Assembly (NCBI GenBank): GCA_041739675.1
Contig: JBGSNL010000062.1
Location: 1 to 41,383 of the forward strand
DNA: 41,383 nucleotides
Direction of reading: 5' to 3'
Source of the DNA: a bacterium
Lineage (GTDB): Bacteria > UBA10199 > 2-02-FULL-44-16 > DYJF01
Part shown: positions 26,800-35,967 of the stretch, in pieces
How the letters are laid out: each line of letters opens with the position of its first letter
Position numbering within the stretch: the first letter of the stretch is position 1
Notes under the pieces: generated by a model
The model's input: only the letters and a program-made list of their open reading frames with translations
Database searches by the model: none
What the model was told of the DNA's origin: nothing
Position numbers and translations under genes: made by a program

Positions 26800-26907
26800 C
26801 GGGCTTTTAGATCAAAAACACAAAAAACAGTCAAGGAATTTATAAATTGTTATAAATTAATGATTATAAAGATAATAAGATATATATATTTATATTAATT
26901 ATATATC
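26800..26907. promoter_or_regulatory. Very AT-rich regulatory region upstream of the HTH gene
   Basis: Three TTATAA motifs including the palindrome AATTTATAAATT. Minus-strand TTGACT-N17-TCTAAA. Confidence 0.55.
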
Positions 26908-27717
26908 TTAAAAGAGGCTCATGTACCAGTTTATGATCCGCTGGCCGAAAAAGAGGTAAACAAGACCGCCGATTGCCAAAAACGGTCCGAACGGGATCGC
27001 GTATTTTGTATTTTTCTTCATTATCAGAATCAAAATCAGCCCGAATAGAGAACCTACGACAGAGCTCACCATGAGTATGAAGATCGATGCGCGCCAACCG
27101 AAAAATGCGCCGAGCATTGCCGCAAGTTTCACATCGCCTCCACCCAACCCTTCGATTTTTTTGATCTTTTCGTAAGCGGTGGCGACGACAAAAAGAAATC
27201 CTCCTCCGATCAAGATACCCAAGACACTATCGATCGCCGCATCGCCATACCCACCTTTTCCGGCCAGAAGAACGTTCAGAGCAAATCCCGCGACTATTCC
27301 CGGAAGAGATATCACATCGGGTATGATCTTGAGCGCGATGTCGATGAATGAAATGACAATGAGAGGCGCGATCAGAAGAAAGAAATAGGCAAGATAGAGC
27401 CGCACATCATGAAAGCGCCACCACGCCGCAATCGAGAACCCGATCGTTAGGAGCTCCACGAGCAAATAGCGGGGCGATATCGGGCGATGACATTCACTGC
27501 AGCGGCCGCGAAGAATTATAAAACTGAAGACGGGGATATTTTCCCACCACGAGATCTGATGACTGCAATGTCTGCAATGTGACGGGGGCCAGACGATCGA
27601 TTCCTCGTTGGGTATGCGGACTATGCAGACGTTGAGAAGCGAACCGACGCACGCGCCCAGAATACCGGCGAAGACGTAGTAAACCCAGTGCGGCAAGGCG
27701 CTTGCAATGGAGAACAT
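26908..27717 (-). CDS. pilD: Prepilin peptidase/N-methyltransferase
   Basis: GSLLNVCIVRIP, SHCRHC, NIPVFSF..LRGRCSEC, FIDIALKIIPD, LGGGDVKLAAMLGAFFG and IPFGPFL. Start MFSIAS at 27717. Confidence 0.95.
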   Translation of the reverse strand: MFSIASALPHWVYYVFAGILGACVGSLLNVCIVRIPNEESIVWPPSHCRHCSHQISWWENIPVFSFIILRGRCSECHRPISPRYLLVELLTIGFSIAAWWRFHDVRLYLAYFFLLIAPLIVISFIDIALKIIPDVISLPGIVAGFALNVLLAGKGGYGDAAIDSVLGILIGGGFLFVVATAYEKIKKIEGLGGGDVKLAAMLGAFFGWRASIFILMVSSVVGSLFGLILILIMKKNTKYAIPFGPFLAIGGLVYLFFGQRIINWYMSLF

Positions 27718-27753
27718 AGTGTGTCTTTTATCACATGCAAATAAGGGGTGTCT

Positions 27754-28056
27754 ATGCCAAAGCGACCGCATCCGGAAGTGGAATATTTTGGAAAAATGGA
27801 CGCGATGAAAAAGAGGAGAATCGCCGAGGAGAAGAGGCTCAAACTCGCAAAGGAAGAGCTTGAGAGATTGAAGCAGCTTCACTGGCGGCGCTGCGCCCAG
27901 TGCGGCCTGGAGCTTGAAACGGTGATTTTCAAAGGGACTTCCATACACAAGTGTTTCAACTGCGGCGCGGTCTTTTTGGAAGACGGCGTTCTGGAAAAAC
28001 TCTGCGGCGAAGAGAGCCACATTCTGGAATCGATATTGGATATATTCAAGTGCTGA
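27754..28056 (+). CDS. Small coiled-coil plus zinc-ribbon (zf-TFIIB-like) protein
   Basis: EVEYF...charged helix...CAQCGLEL...KCFNCGAVFLEDGVLE; AAGGGG RBS. Confidence 0.85.
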   Translation: MPKRPHPEVEYFGKMDAMKKRRIAEEKRLKLAKEELERLKQLHWRRCAQCGLELETVIFKGTSIHKCFNCGAVFLEDGVLEKLCGEESHILESILDIFKC

Positions 28057-28061
28057 CGACC

Positions 28062-28346
28062 ATGAAAGAGATAATAAAAAAAATGGCGCATCTTGCCCGC
28101 CTGTCGTTTCCCGACAAGGAGCTTTCGCGCTACACCGAAAAAGTCACTGCCGTGCTCGAATACGTAAAACAATTGGAAGAATTGGATGTGAAAGGCATCG
28201 AGCCCACGTCGCACGCAGTGGAGGTTCTGGGAAAACCGCGTGAAGACGAAACCGTGGAATGTAAATTCGCCCAGGGTATTGTTTCAAACGCGCCCGAACG
28301 CGACGGGATGTACTACGAGGTTCCACGCGTGATAGAAGGATCATGA
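28062..28346 (+). CDS. gatC: Asp/Glu-tRNA amidotransferase subunit C
   Basis: [31 protein letters not shown] and NAP...VPRVIE; directly upstream of gatA. Confidence 0.93.
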   Translation: MKEIIKKMAHLARLSFPDKELSRYTEKVTAVLEYVKQLEELDVKGIEPTSHAVEVLGKPREDETVECKFAQGIVSNAPERDGMYYEVPRVIEGS

Positions 28347-29809
28347 GCTACGACATCTGCCAAAAAAGCGCCGCGTCACTCAGCCAGATGCTCCAGAGGA
28401 AAGAGATCTCCTCCGTTGAGATCACCCGCGCGTTCATCGAACGAATAGGCAAGATCGATCCGTCTATCGGAAGTTATATACTGAGCACCTTCGACCTGGC
28501 GCTTGATCAGGCAAAGGCAGCGGATGAACGCATAAAGAAAAATAAAAACGTCACGCCGCTCACCGGCGTTCCGATCGCCCTCAAGGATATTTTTGTCACG
28601 AAGGGTGTTGAGACGACGTGCGGTTCGAAAATTCTGAAGGGTTATGTTCCACCGTACAATGGAACCGCCGTGCAGAGGTTGTTGGATGCCGGCGCCGTCC
28701 TTTTGGGGAAACTCAATATGGATGAATTCGCGATGGGCTCTTCGAATGAGCACTCCGCGTTCGGACCGGTGAAAAATCCGTGGAACCGCGATTATGTCCC
28801 GGGCGGATCGAGCGGCGGTTCGGCTGCGGCGGTTGCGGCCGATCTTTGCGCCGCGTCCTTCGGCACCGATACCGGCGGATCGATAAGGCAACCCTCGTCG
28901 TGCTGCAGCACGGTGGGCTTGAAACCCACTTACGGGCGCGTTTCGCGTTACGGCATCATTGCGTTTGCATCTTCACTCGACCAGCTTGGCCCCATTGCAA
29001 AGGACGTCACCGACTGCGCAATTTTGATGAATGTTGTGGCGGGTCATGATCTCAACGACGCCACATCAATTGATGCACCCGTGCCCGATTACACAAAATC
29101 GCTCATCACGGATGCGAAGGGATTGAAAATAGGAATACCCAAAGAATATTTCATCGAAGGGATAGACAGCGAAGTGTCCTCGTCTGTGCGCGCTGCCGCG
29201 AAAAAATTCAAGGAGCTGGGCGCCAGGCTCGTCGACATTTCCCTTCCCCACACGAAATATGCGGTGCCGGCATATTACATCATCGCGCCCGCCGAGGCCT
29301 CGGCAAATCTCGCGCGCTACGACGGAATAAGATTCGGACACCGCGCAAAAGGGCCGAAAGAACTCATCGACCTCTATCAGAAAAGCAGGACGGAAGGATT
29401 CGGGCCTGAGGTCACGCTCCGCATCATCGTGGGCACATACGTGCTTTCAAGCGGATATTACGACGCATATTATCTCAGAGCGCAGAAAGTGCGCACTCTC
29501 ATCAAGAAGGATTTTTTGAAAGCGTTCGAAGGCTGCGACGCGATATTGACACCTGTGATGCCAACACCCCCGTTCAAGCTCGGAGAAAAACTTGAAGATC
29601 CGCTCACGATGTATCTCTCCGACATATTCACCATCCCCGTGAATCTTGCAGGGTTGCCGGGGATTTCCGTCCCATGCGGATTTTCAAAATCGGGATTGCC
29701 GATAGGATTGCAACTCATCGGAAAACCGTTGGACGAAGCCACACTGATCAGAACTGGATATGCATTCGAGCAGGCAACCGAGTGGCACAAAAAGAAACCG
29801 ACGCTATGA
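28343..29809 (+). CDS. gatA: Asp/Glu-tRNA amidotransferase subunit A
   Basis: [37 protein letters not shown] and NLARYDG. Confidence 0.97.
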   Translation: MSYDICQKSAASLSQMLQRKEISSVEITRAFIERIGKIDPSIGSYILSTFDLALDQAKAADERIKKNKNVTPLTGVPIALKDIFVTKGVETTCGSKILKGYVPPYNGTAVQRLLDAGAVLLGKLNMDEFAMGSSNEHSAFGPVKNPWNRDYVPGGSSGGSAAAVAADLCAASFGTDTGGSIRQPSSCCSTVGLKPTYGRVSRYGIIAFASSLDQLGPIAKDVTDCAILMNVVAGHDLNDATSIDAPVPDYTKSLITDAKGLKIGIPKEYFIEGIDSEVSSSVRAAAKKFKELGARLVDISLPHTKYAVPAYYIIAPAEASANLARYDGIRFGHRAKGPKELIDLYQKSRTEGFGPEVTLRIIVGTYVLSSGYYDAYYLRAQKVRTLIKKDFLKAFEGCDAILTPVMPTPPFKLGEKLEDPLTMYLSDIFTIPVNLAGLPGISVPCGFSKSGLPIGLQLIGKPLDEATLIRTGYAFEQATEWHKKKPTL

Positions 29810-31212
29810 AATATGAAACGGTCATAGGCCTGGAAGTTCACGCGCAACTCAAGACGAAATCGAAGATGTTCTGCGCGTGTCCTACAAGCTCTAACTTATC
29901 TCCCAACACGGCTATCTGTCCTGTCTGCACCGGCCAGCCGGGGACCCTCCCGGTCGTCAACAAGGCGGCCGTCGAGATGGCGATCAAGACGGGGCTCGCC
30001 CTCAAAAGTTCAATTCAGGAAAAAAGTGTCTTTGCGCGCAAGAATTATTTTTATCCGGATCTGCCGAAGGGTTACCAGATATCGCAGCACGAGCTTCCTC
30101 TCTGCCTCGGCGGCCACCTTGACGGCATCTCTCTCATCCGCATTCATCTTGAAGAGGACGCCGGAAAGCTCCTGCACGATTTCGGCCATCCCGACATGAG
30201 TCACGTCGACTTTAACCGTTGCGGCGTTCCTCTAATCGAAATTGTTTCAGGGCCCGACATGAGATCTCCTGAAGATGGCGGCGAATATTTGCGAAAGCTC
30301 CGGAACATACTTGTCTATCTGGATGTGTGCGAAGGAAATCTCCAGGAGGGAAATTTCCGCTGCGACGCAAATATATCGATAAGGCCGGAAGGCGCTGAAA
30401 AGTTAGGAACGCGTACCGAGCTCAAAAATTTGAACTCGTTCAAGGCGGTGGAAAAGGCGCTGGCCTATGAAATTGAGAGACAGACGAAAGTTTTAAACGA
30501 AGGGGGAAAGGTCGTACAAGAAACTCTTCTTTGGAACGACAACACCGGCAAAACAGAATCAATGCGCACGAAAGAGGAGGCGCATGATTACCGTTACTTT
30601 CCGGATCCCGATCTTCTGCCTTTGATAGTCGAAAAAGAATGGATAGAAAAAATCAAAAAGGGGCTTCCCGAACTGGCGGATCAAAAAGCCGCGCGATTCG
30701 TGAAGGAATACGGAATCCCGGAATACGACGCCGCCATATTGACTAGCGAAAAGGCGCTGGCGGACTATTACGAAGCGGCCATTTCCGCATACAAAGAGCC
30801 CAAAAAGATCTCCAACTGGATCATGACGGAGCTCTTGCGGGAGCTCAAAAATGACAGCAGGGAAATCTCCTCTTGTCCCATCGCTGCCTTAAATCTGGCC
30901 GCGCTTATAAAAATAATAGATGAGGGTGTGATAAGCGGCAAGATGGCAAAAGAGGTCTTTGAGGATATGTACAAGTCAGGCAAGTCGCCGGCTGACATAG
31001 TTGCCGCAAAGGGGATGAAGCAGGTGACAGATGAGGGCGCAATCGAAGAAGCTGTTGACAAAGTGATAGCCGATAATCCAAAACAGACCGGAGAGTACAA
31101 AACCGGCAAAGTCGCGCTGTTCGGCTTCTTCGTGGGACAGGTGATGAAAGAGACGAAGGGCCGGGGAAACCCCAAGATCATAAACGATCTTCTTCGCAAA
31201 AAACTCGGTTAG
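29806..31212 (+). CDS. gatB: Asp/Glu-tRNA amidotransferase subunit B
   Basis: [49 protein letters not shown] and [13 protein letters not shown] overlap with gatA. Confidence 0.97.
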   Translation: MKYETVIGLEVHAQLKTKSKMFCACPTSSNLSPNTAICPVCTGQPGTLPVVNKAAVEMAIKTGLALKSSIQEKSVFARKNYFYPDLPKGYQISQHELPLCLGGHLDGISLIRIHLEEDAGKLLHDFGHPDMSHVDFNRCGVPLIEIVSGPDMRSPEDGGEYLRKLRNILVYLDVCEGNLQEGNFRCDANISIRPEGAEKLGTRTELKNLNSFKAVEKALAYEIERQTKVLNEGGKVVQETLLWNDNTGKTESMRTKEEAHDYRYFPDPDLLPLIVEKEWIEKIKKGLPELADQKAARFVKEYGIPEYDAAILTSEKALADYYEAAISAYKEPKKISNWIMTELLRELKNDSREISSCPIAALNLAALIKIIDEGVISGKMAKEVFEDMYKSGKSPADIVAAKGMKQVTDEGAIEEAVDKVIADNPKQTGEYKTGKVALFGFFVGQVMKETKGRGNPKIINDLLRKKLG

Positions 31213-31221
31213 AGGAGAAAT

Positions 31222-32262
31222 ATGGATCTCATCAAGACGATTGAATGGAAAGACGACAAAATTGTGATGCTGGACCAGAGGATGCTTCCGCTCAAGGAAG
31301 TCTACGTCACATACGAGGACTATCTTGGAGTCGCTCAAGCGATCAAAAACATGGTGATCAGAGGAGCCCCGGCGATCGGCGTTGCAGCTGCTATGGGTGT
31401 CGCGCTCGGCGCTCAGGGATTCGGTGTAAAAGATTTCGATTCTTTCTATGAAAAGATTCTGGCCGTCTGCAACAGGCTTGCCGCAACGAGGCCCACTGCG
31501 GTGAACCTCTTCTGGGCGCTTGAAAGAATGAAGGCCGCGGCAATGGCGGGCAAGGAAAAACCGATTCCGGAAATAATCGAGCTTTTGAAACAGGAGGCGC
31601 TCAAAATTTATCGCGAGGATATAGAATCGAACCGCAAGATCGGCCGCTTCGGCCAGGTCCTTTTGAAAGACGGCGACACTGTCCTCACGCATTGCAACGC
31701 GGGCGGTCTTGCCACGGCCGGTTACGGCACGGCGCTCGGCATCATCTACACTGCGCAAGACGAGGGAAAAAGAATTCACGTGATCGCGGATGAGACGAGA
31801 CCTCTTCTGCAGGGCGCGCGTCTCACGGCATGGGAACTTCAAAAACACGGCGTGAAGACGACGGTGATCACGGACAACATGTCCGGAACTTTGATGCGTC
31901 AGGGAAAAATCAATGCGGTGATTGTTGGTGCAGATAGAATCGCGGCAAACGGAGACGTTGCAAACAAGATCGGGACGTACACGGTAGCGGTGCTTGCCCA
32001 GAAACACAATGTGCCGTTCTATGTGGCCGCTCCAATGTCCACGCTTGATCCGTCAATCCCGGATGGTTCCAAGATTCCCATCGAAGAGAGAAACCACGCC
32101 GAAGTCCAGAAAATCGGCACGCAACAGATCACGCCCGACTACGTCGACGTGATCAACCCCGCTTTCGACGTAACCCCGGCCGAGTTGGTTACAGCCATAG
32201 TTACAGAGAGAGGCATTGCCAGGCAGCCATACACAGAATCGATCAAAGCCCTCTTCTCTTAA
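31222..32262 (+). CDS. mtnA: S-methyl-5-thioribose-1-phosphate isomerase
   Basis: [45 protein letters not shown] and NPAFDVTP. Confidence 0.96.
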   Translation: MDLIKTIEWKDDKIVMLDQRMLPLKEVYVTYEDYLGVAQAIKNMVIRGAPAIGVAAAMGVALGAQGFGVKDFDSFYEKILAVCNRLAATRPTAVNLFWALERMKAAAMAGKEKPIPEIIELLKQEALKIYREDIESNRKIGRFGQVLLKDGDTVLTHCNAGGLATAGYGTALGIIYTAQDEGKRIHVIADETRPLLQGARLTAWELQKHGVKTTVITDNMSGTLMRQGKINAVIVGADRIAANGDVANKIGTYTVAVLAQKHNVPFYVAAPMSTLDPSIPDGSKIPIEERNHAEVQKIGTQQITPDYVDVINPAFDVTPAELVTAIVTERGIARQPYTESIKALFS

Positions 32263-32278
32263 CCCAAAGCACTTGCTG

Positions 32279-32474
32279 TTTTGGATTCAGGCACATGTGT
32301 GAGCTGGCGTAGGGAACGCAGTTTCTGTGGGCGTGTCGGAGGCGGCTGTATCTATGGCTATGATAACACAGCCGCCGAGACACGAGGTGCGTTTGCGCTC
32401 CGTAAAGCGCAAACGACTCCGTCCCACAAAAACTGCGTTCCCGAAAGCCAGCGATCGATTGCGTGAATCCAAAA
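32279..32474. repeat. Fold-back element 4 (196 bp, long stem with two apical hairpins)
   Basis: TTTTGGATTCA/TGAATCCAAAA ends; GCTGGC/GCCAGC; GGGAACGCAGTTTCTGTGGG/CCCACAAAAACTGCGTTCCC; hairpins GGCGGCTGT...ACAGCCGCC and CGTTTGCGCT-CCGTAA-AGCGCAAACG. Confidence 0.75.
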
Positions 32475-32504
32475 AAGAAGGGCTACCCACATCGAGTAGC
32501 CCTC
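32471..32504 (-). terminator. Intrinsic terminator of 32529..32783
   Basis: Minus strand AGGGCTACTC-GATGT-GGGTAGCCCT-TCTTTTTT. Confidence 0.8.
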
Positions 32505-32528
32505 CCAAAAGGAAAGGAGCATGGTTAG

Positions 32529-32783
32529 TTAGTTCATCGACTCCTTGGCGAGAACTTTTTGTAACACGTTCTTCGGCCTCGCACCGGTTACAACCTTCAC
32601 CGGCATCTCGTTATTGGGGGTCGTAAGGATATGATAAACGATTCTCTGTGCATCCCCTTCATGAGGGATGTATATTCCACCGCACGAGAGAACCACGGGA
32701 TTTGCTAAGGAGAGCTCCCCCCAACTCTCCTGAAATGCCTTCTGGAGGATTTCTTCATCAAGTCTTTTAGGATCGCTCGCCAT
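32529..32783 (-). CDS. Hypothetical 84 aa protein
   Basis: ATG at 32783 after GGAGGG, with its own sigma-54 promoter and terminator. Confidence 0.7.
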   Translation of the reverse strand: MASDPKRLDEEILQKAFQESWGELSLANPVVLSCGGIYIPHEGDAQRIVYHILTTPNNEMPVKVVTGARPKNVLQKVLAKESMN

Positions 32784-32809
32784 TTTTGGACCCTCCACTG
32801 ATCTTTAAA

Positions 32810-32825
32810 AGCAAACTGCATGCCA
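32810..32825 (-). promoter_or_regulatory. Sigma-54 promoter of 32529..32783
   Basis: Minus strand (T)TGGCAT-GCAGT-TTGCT. Confidence 0.75.
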
Positions 32826-32975
32826 AGGACGCATGGAGCGGCCAATCGAGGAAAAGGCTGATTTGAACTATTTTTAGAGGAGAACCTTCACCTTCACGAA
32901 AACCATTTGGTAAGAAAAGACCCGATAGCGTCAAAAAGAACGGCATTCGGATCCGACGGCTGTCGGATCTCTACT

Positions 32976-34637
32976 TTAACTTCGTATTGATTTGATCCGC
33001 TTCTTTCGGTGGGCGGTGATGCCAAAGCGGTGGGCCTCGTCGCGGATGCGTTCAAGAAGAAGGATTTCGGCCGAGCCTCGTTTGAACTTCAGGGGATTTT
33101 TTCTACCAGGCAGGAAGATGCGATCGTGCGGGGCATCCGGTGTCTTTGCAATCGCAGCAACGGGCAACATATCCAATCCGATTTCGTCCAAGACTCTTTT
33201 CGCGACATTTAGCTGCCCCTTGCCGCCGTCGATCAAGAGAAGATCGGGTTCGGGCATCGCCGTGTCATACGCCTTCACAAGCGATTTCAACGCCTTGAAC
33301 CTGCGCGTCAAGACTTCCCTCATCATTCCGTAATCATCAGGTGTCGCCAAAGTTCTTATCGTATAGAGCCGGTAGCGTGATTTTTCAGGTTCGCCCCTGA
33401 TGAACGTCACGAGCGAACCGTAGGCCTCGCGCCCCATGAGATTTGAAATATCCACGCACTCAATTGTCTCGGGGATGTTTGGGGTCCCCAACTTTCTTTG
33501 CAGCCTCGAGAGTATTTCCTCCACGTCTTTTTTGACGCCGCTCCTGGCCTTGAGCGTCTCGCCGGCATTTTTGACGGCAAGGCCTGTCATCTCGCGCCCC
33601 GCCCCACGCTTCGGTATGACGATATGAACCTTTGCTCCGCGCCTTTCCGTCAAGATCGCTTTGACCGAATTTGCCGACTCCAGTTGATGTGATAGATGTA
33701 TTTGGCGGGGAATATCGGCGCCCGACATGTAATGTTCTAGCATGAACGATTCCAGTATCTCCTGGGGTTTCGCGTCGACGGTGCTCGCCGCGCGCAACCT
33801 GCGATCCAAAAGAACGCCGCCCCTGATCATGAGGATGCAGACGGCGACGCGCTCCACGTCTTGGGCAAGACCTATGACGTCCCTGTCACCGCCGCCGTGA
33901 ACGACAACCTTTTGGCGCAAAAGCGTCTCTTCAATCATACCGACTGCGTCTCTGAGTCTTGCGGCTTCTTCGTAGTGCATCGATGCAGAAGCCCCATCCA
34001 TCTTCTCTTTCAATTTTTTAACGAGCTCTTTCCTCGATCCTTTGAGAAAGAGCATCGCTTCGTTCACGCACTCGCAATATTTTTTCTCGGAAATTTTTCC
34101 GACACATGGGGCGCTGCACCGACCGAGATCGAATTCAAGGCAGGGCCTCACCCTGTTCGCAAACTCGCGATCGGAACATGTGCGGATCCTGAACGACCTT
34201 ATCACCTGATCGACCGTCTCTCGGGCCGCAGCCCCCGAAGCAAAAGGTCCGAAATACTGCGCACCGTCTTTCAAGACGCGCCTCAAGATCGAAATCCCCG
34301 GAAACTTGTGATCGAATCCCAGCCTGATGCTCGCATAGGTCTTATCGTCTTTGAGAAGGATGTTGTAGCGGGGATGATGTTTTTTAATAAGCGTGTTCTC
34401 GAGAAGGAGCGCTTCCTTCTCATTGTCGGTCACGATGAACTCGATGTCGGAGGCGCGGCGCAGAAGAAACTCATTTTTGGCGCCCGCCTCTTTCGGCCGC
34501 TTGAAATAGCTTCCGACGCGTGAACGAAGCGACTTGGCCTTGCCCACGTAGAGCACTTCGCCCTTTTTATCCTTGAAGAGATAAACGCCGGGTTTGGAGG
34601 GAAATTTAGCTATTTTACTGACCAATTTTTCTGTCAT
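32976..34637 (-). CDS. uvrC: Excinuclease ABC subunit C, lacking the C-terminal HhH2 domain
   Basis: GIY-YIG PGVYLF...YVGKAKSL, Cys-rich region, UvrB-binding YEEAARLRD, and RNase H-like ECVDISN...IDGGKGQ...RDEAHRF. The stop follows shortly after. Confidence 0.95.
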   Translation of the reverse strand: MTEKLVSKIAKFPSKPGVYLFKDKKGEVLYVGKAKSLRSRVGSYFKRPKEAGAKNEFLLRRASDIEFIVTDNEKEALLLENTLIKKHHPRYNILLKDDKTYASIRLGFDHKFPGISILRRVLKDGAQYFGPFASGAAARETVDQVIRSFRIRTCSDREFANRVRPCLEFDLGRCSAPCVGKISEKKYCECVNEAMLFLKGSRKELVKKLKEKMDGASASMHYEEAARLRDAVGMIEETLLRQKVVVHGGGDRDVIGLAQDVERVAVCILMIRGGVLLDRRLRAASTVDAKPQEILESFMLEHYMSGADIPRQIHLSHQLESANSVKAILTERRGAKVHIVIPKRGAGREMTGLAVKNAGETLKARSGVKKDVEEILSRLQRKLGTPNIPETIECVDISNLMGREAYGSLVTFIRGEPEKSRYRLYTIRTLATPDDYGMMREVLTRRFKALKSLVKAYDTAMPEPDLLLIDGGKGQLNVAKRVLDEIGLDMLPVAAIAKTPDAPHDRIFLPGRKNPLKFKRGSAEILLLERIRDEAHRFGITAHRKKRIKSIRS

Positions 34638-34707
34638 GAAAACCTGCAAAAAGGCCGCGGATTTTGTCCGCGGCCTTGAATGTTGCATTTTATATATTAC
34701 ACCTCAA

Positions 34708-35892
34708 CTAAAACAGCGCGCTCGCCATCAGCGTGAAAAGATTGATGTGATTATTGGCTGCTGCGCCCCACGCATCGTCATAATCCTGCGTCCAGATGTA
34801 TGACAGCTGGAGCTTCAGGTTGTTGTCCATTGCGTAGTAGTTGAACCCGCCGCCAAACTGGTTGGAGTTGTTGTCAGGCCCTTGGCGGAATATCTGGCCG
34901 GCCTGTGCCGCAATTTCAAGCTTCTTTGGAATAATGTAGTAGCCGAACGCTCCGTAATAAGCAAAATCGGTCAGGTGCGGCCTGGCATAAATCGGGGCCG
35001 GGAGCGTAGGATCTTCACCGGGAACCGTCACCTTCATGTAGCGATAGTAACCTTCCGTCGTGAACGCGAAACCCGCCCACCTGAGCGCTATACCCAAGCT
35101 TGACGTCCAGATGTAATTAAGTGTGGCGTTCACGTTCTGATCCTGACGTTTTGCCTGCCAGTTCGTTCCGGCGCTGATCGTGAGTTTGGGTTCGGCGGAG
35201 CATTCGAAATCTGTCATCGAGCCCGGAACCGCATCCAGAATATTATATCCGAAGCGGGCGCCGAAAGAGAAACGGTTGTCGGGGTTGAAGTTGTAGTTGC
35301 TCTCCGCGCCGTTCACAACGCTGACGGAATAGAAGAACTTTGAAATATCTCCAGCGAAGTTGACACCCAAACCATCGGGTACGGCAAAATTGTTTCTTGC
35401 GATCGTAAAGTTGGCAACGCCGTCATCCTGAAGTTCCGTGAAGGGCGGGTCGGGAAGCAAGAACCACTTTGAGCTCGTTTCACTCATGATGGAGAGCGGC
35501 AGACCCACCATGCCGGCTGTCACGATAAACTGGGGAATCACTTCATAGGTTGCCGTCGCATATGCAACGTTCAACGTATTGAAGTTTTGCGAGTTAGTCG
35601 AGTGTTTGAGGCCGACGCGAAAAGTTAAGTTGTCTTCAACCGTGGCCGCAAAACCAAGTTCCGCGCGCCGCATTGAGAATGTCGTTCTCTTTGTATCAGG
35701 TACCGAAGGTGTCGGAACCGTCTGCTTCAAAAAATCGAACCGCGGCTGAACGCGACCGGTTATTTTCAATTTGAATGTCCCTTCATCGTTGTTGATGAAG
35801 AAGCCGCCGTCATAGCCGACTTTCTGAGCTTTTGCGGCGATCGGCGCGCTCATGATGAGCGTGACGGCGACGATCCACAGGAGTTTCTTCAT
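34708..35892 (-). CDS. Outer-membrane porin, OprO/OprP-like
   Basis: AAAGGAGA RBS, signal peptide, GFF...FKLKITGRVQ...FSMRRAELGF, alternating beta strands and C-terminal Phe. Confidence 0.78.
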   Translation of the reverse strand: MKKLLWIVAVTLIMSAPIAAKAQKVGYDGGFFINNDEGTFKLKITGRVQPRFDFLKQTVPTPSVPDTKRTTFSMRRAELGFAATVEDNLTFRVGLKHSTNSQNFNTLNVAYATATYEVIPQFIVTAGMVGLPLSIMSETSSKWFLLPDPPFTELQDDGVANFTIARNNFAVPDGLGVNFAGDISKFFYSVSVVNGAESNYNFNPDNRFSFGARFGYNILDAVPGSMTDFECSAEPKLTISAGTNWQAKRQDQNVNATLNYIWTSSLGIALRWAGFAFTTEGYYRYMKVTVPGEDPTLPAPIYARPHLTDFAYYGAFGYYIIPKKLEIAAQAGQIFRQGPDNNSNQFGGGFNYYAMDNNLKLQLSYIWTQDYDDAWGAAANNHINLFTLMASALF

Positions 35893-35967
35893 ACGATCTC
35901 CTTTCATGCGATTCTATTTCCCCAACTTTTAAACGTTTTTTAAAAGAATATCAAGCATTTCTAGCGG

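Noticed and set aside
27718..28020. 101 aa N-terminal extension of pilD in the ORF track
   Set aside because: It overlaps the divergent zinc-ribbon gene; PilD homology starts at 27717.
27754..32262. Zinc-ribbon gene and mtnA flanking gatCAB as a novel system
   Set aside because: This looks like an ordinary housekeeping operon; nothing in the sequence suggests a new joint function.
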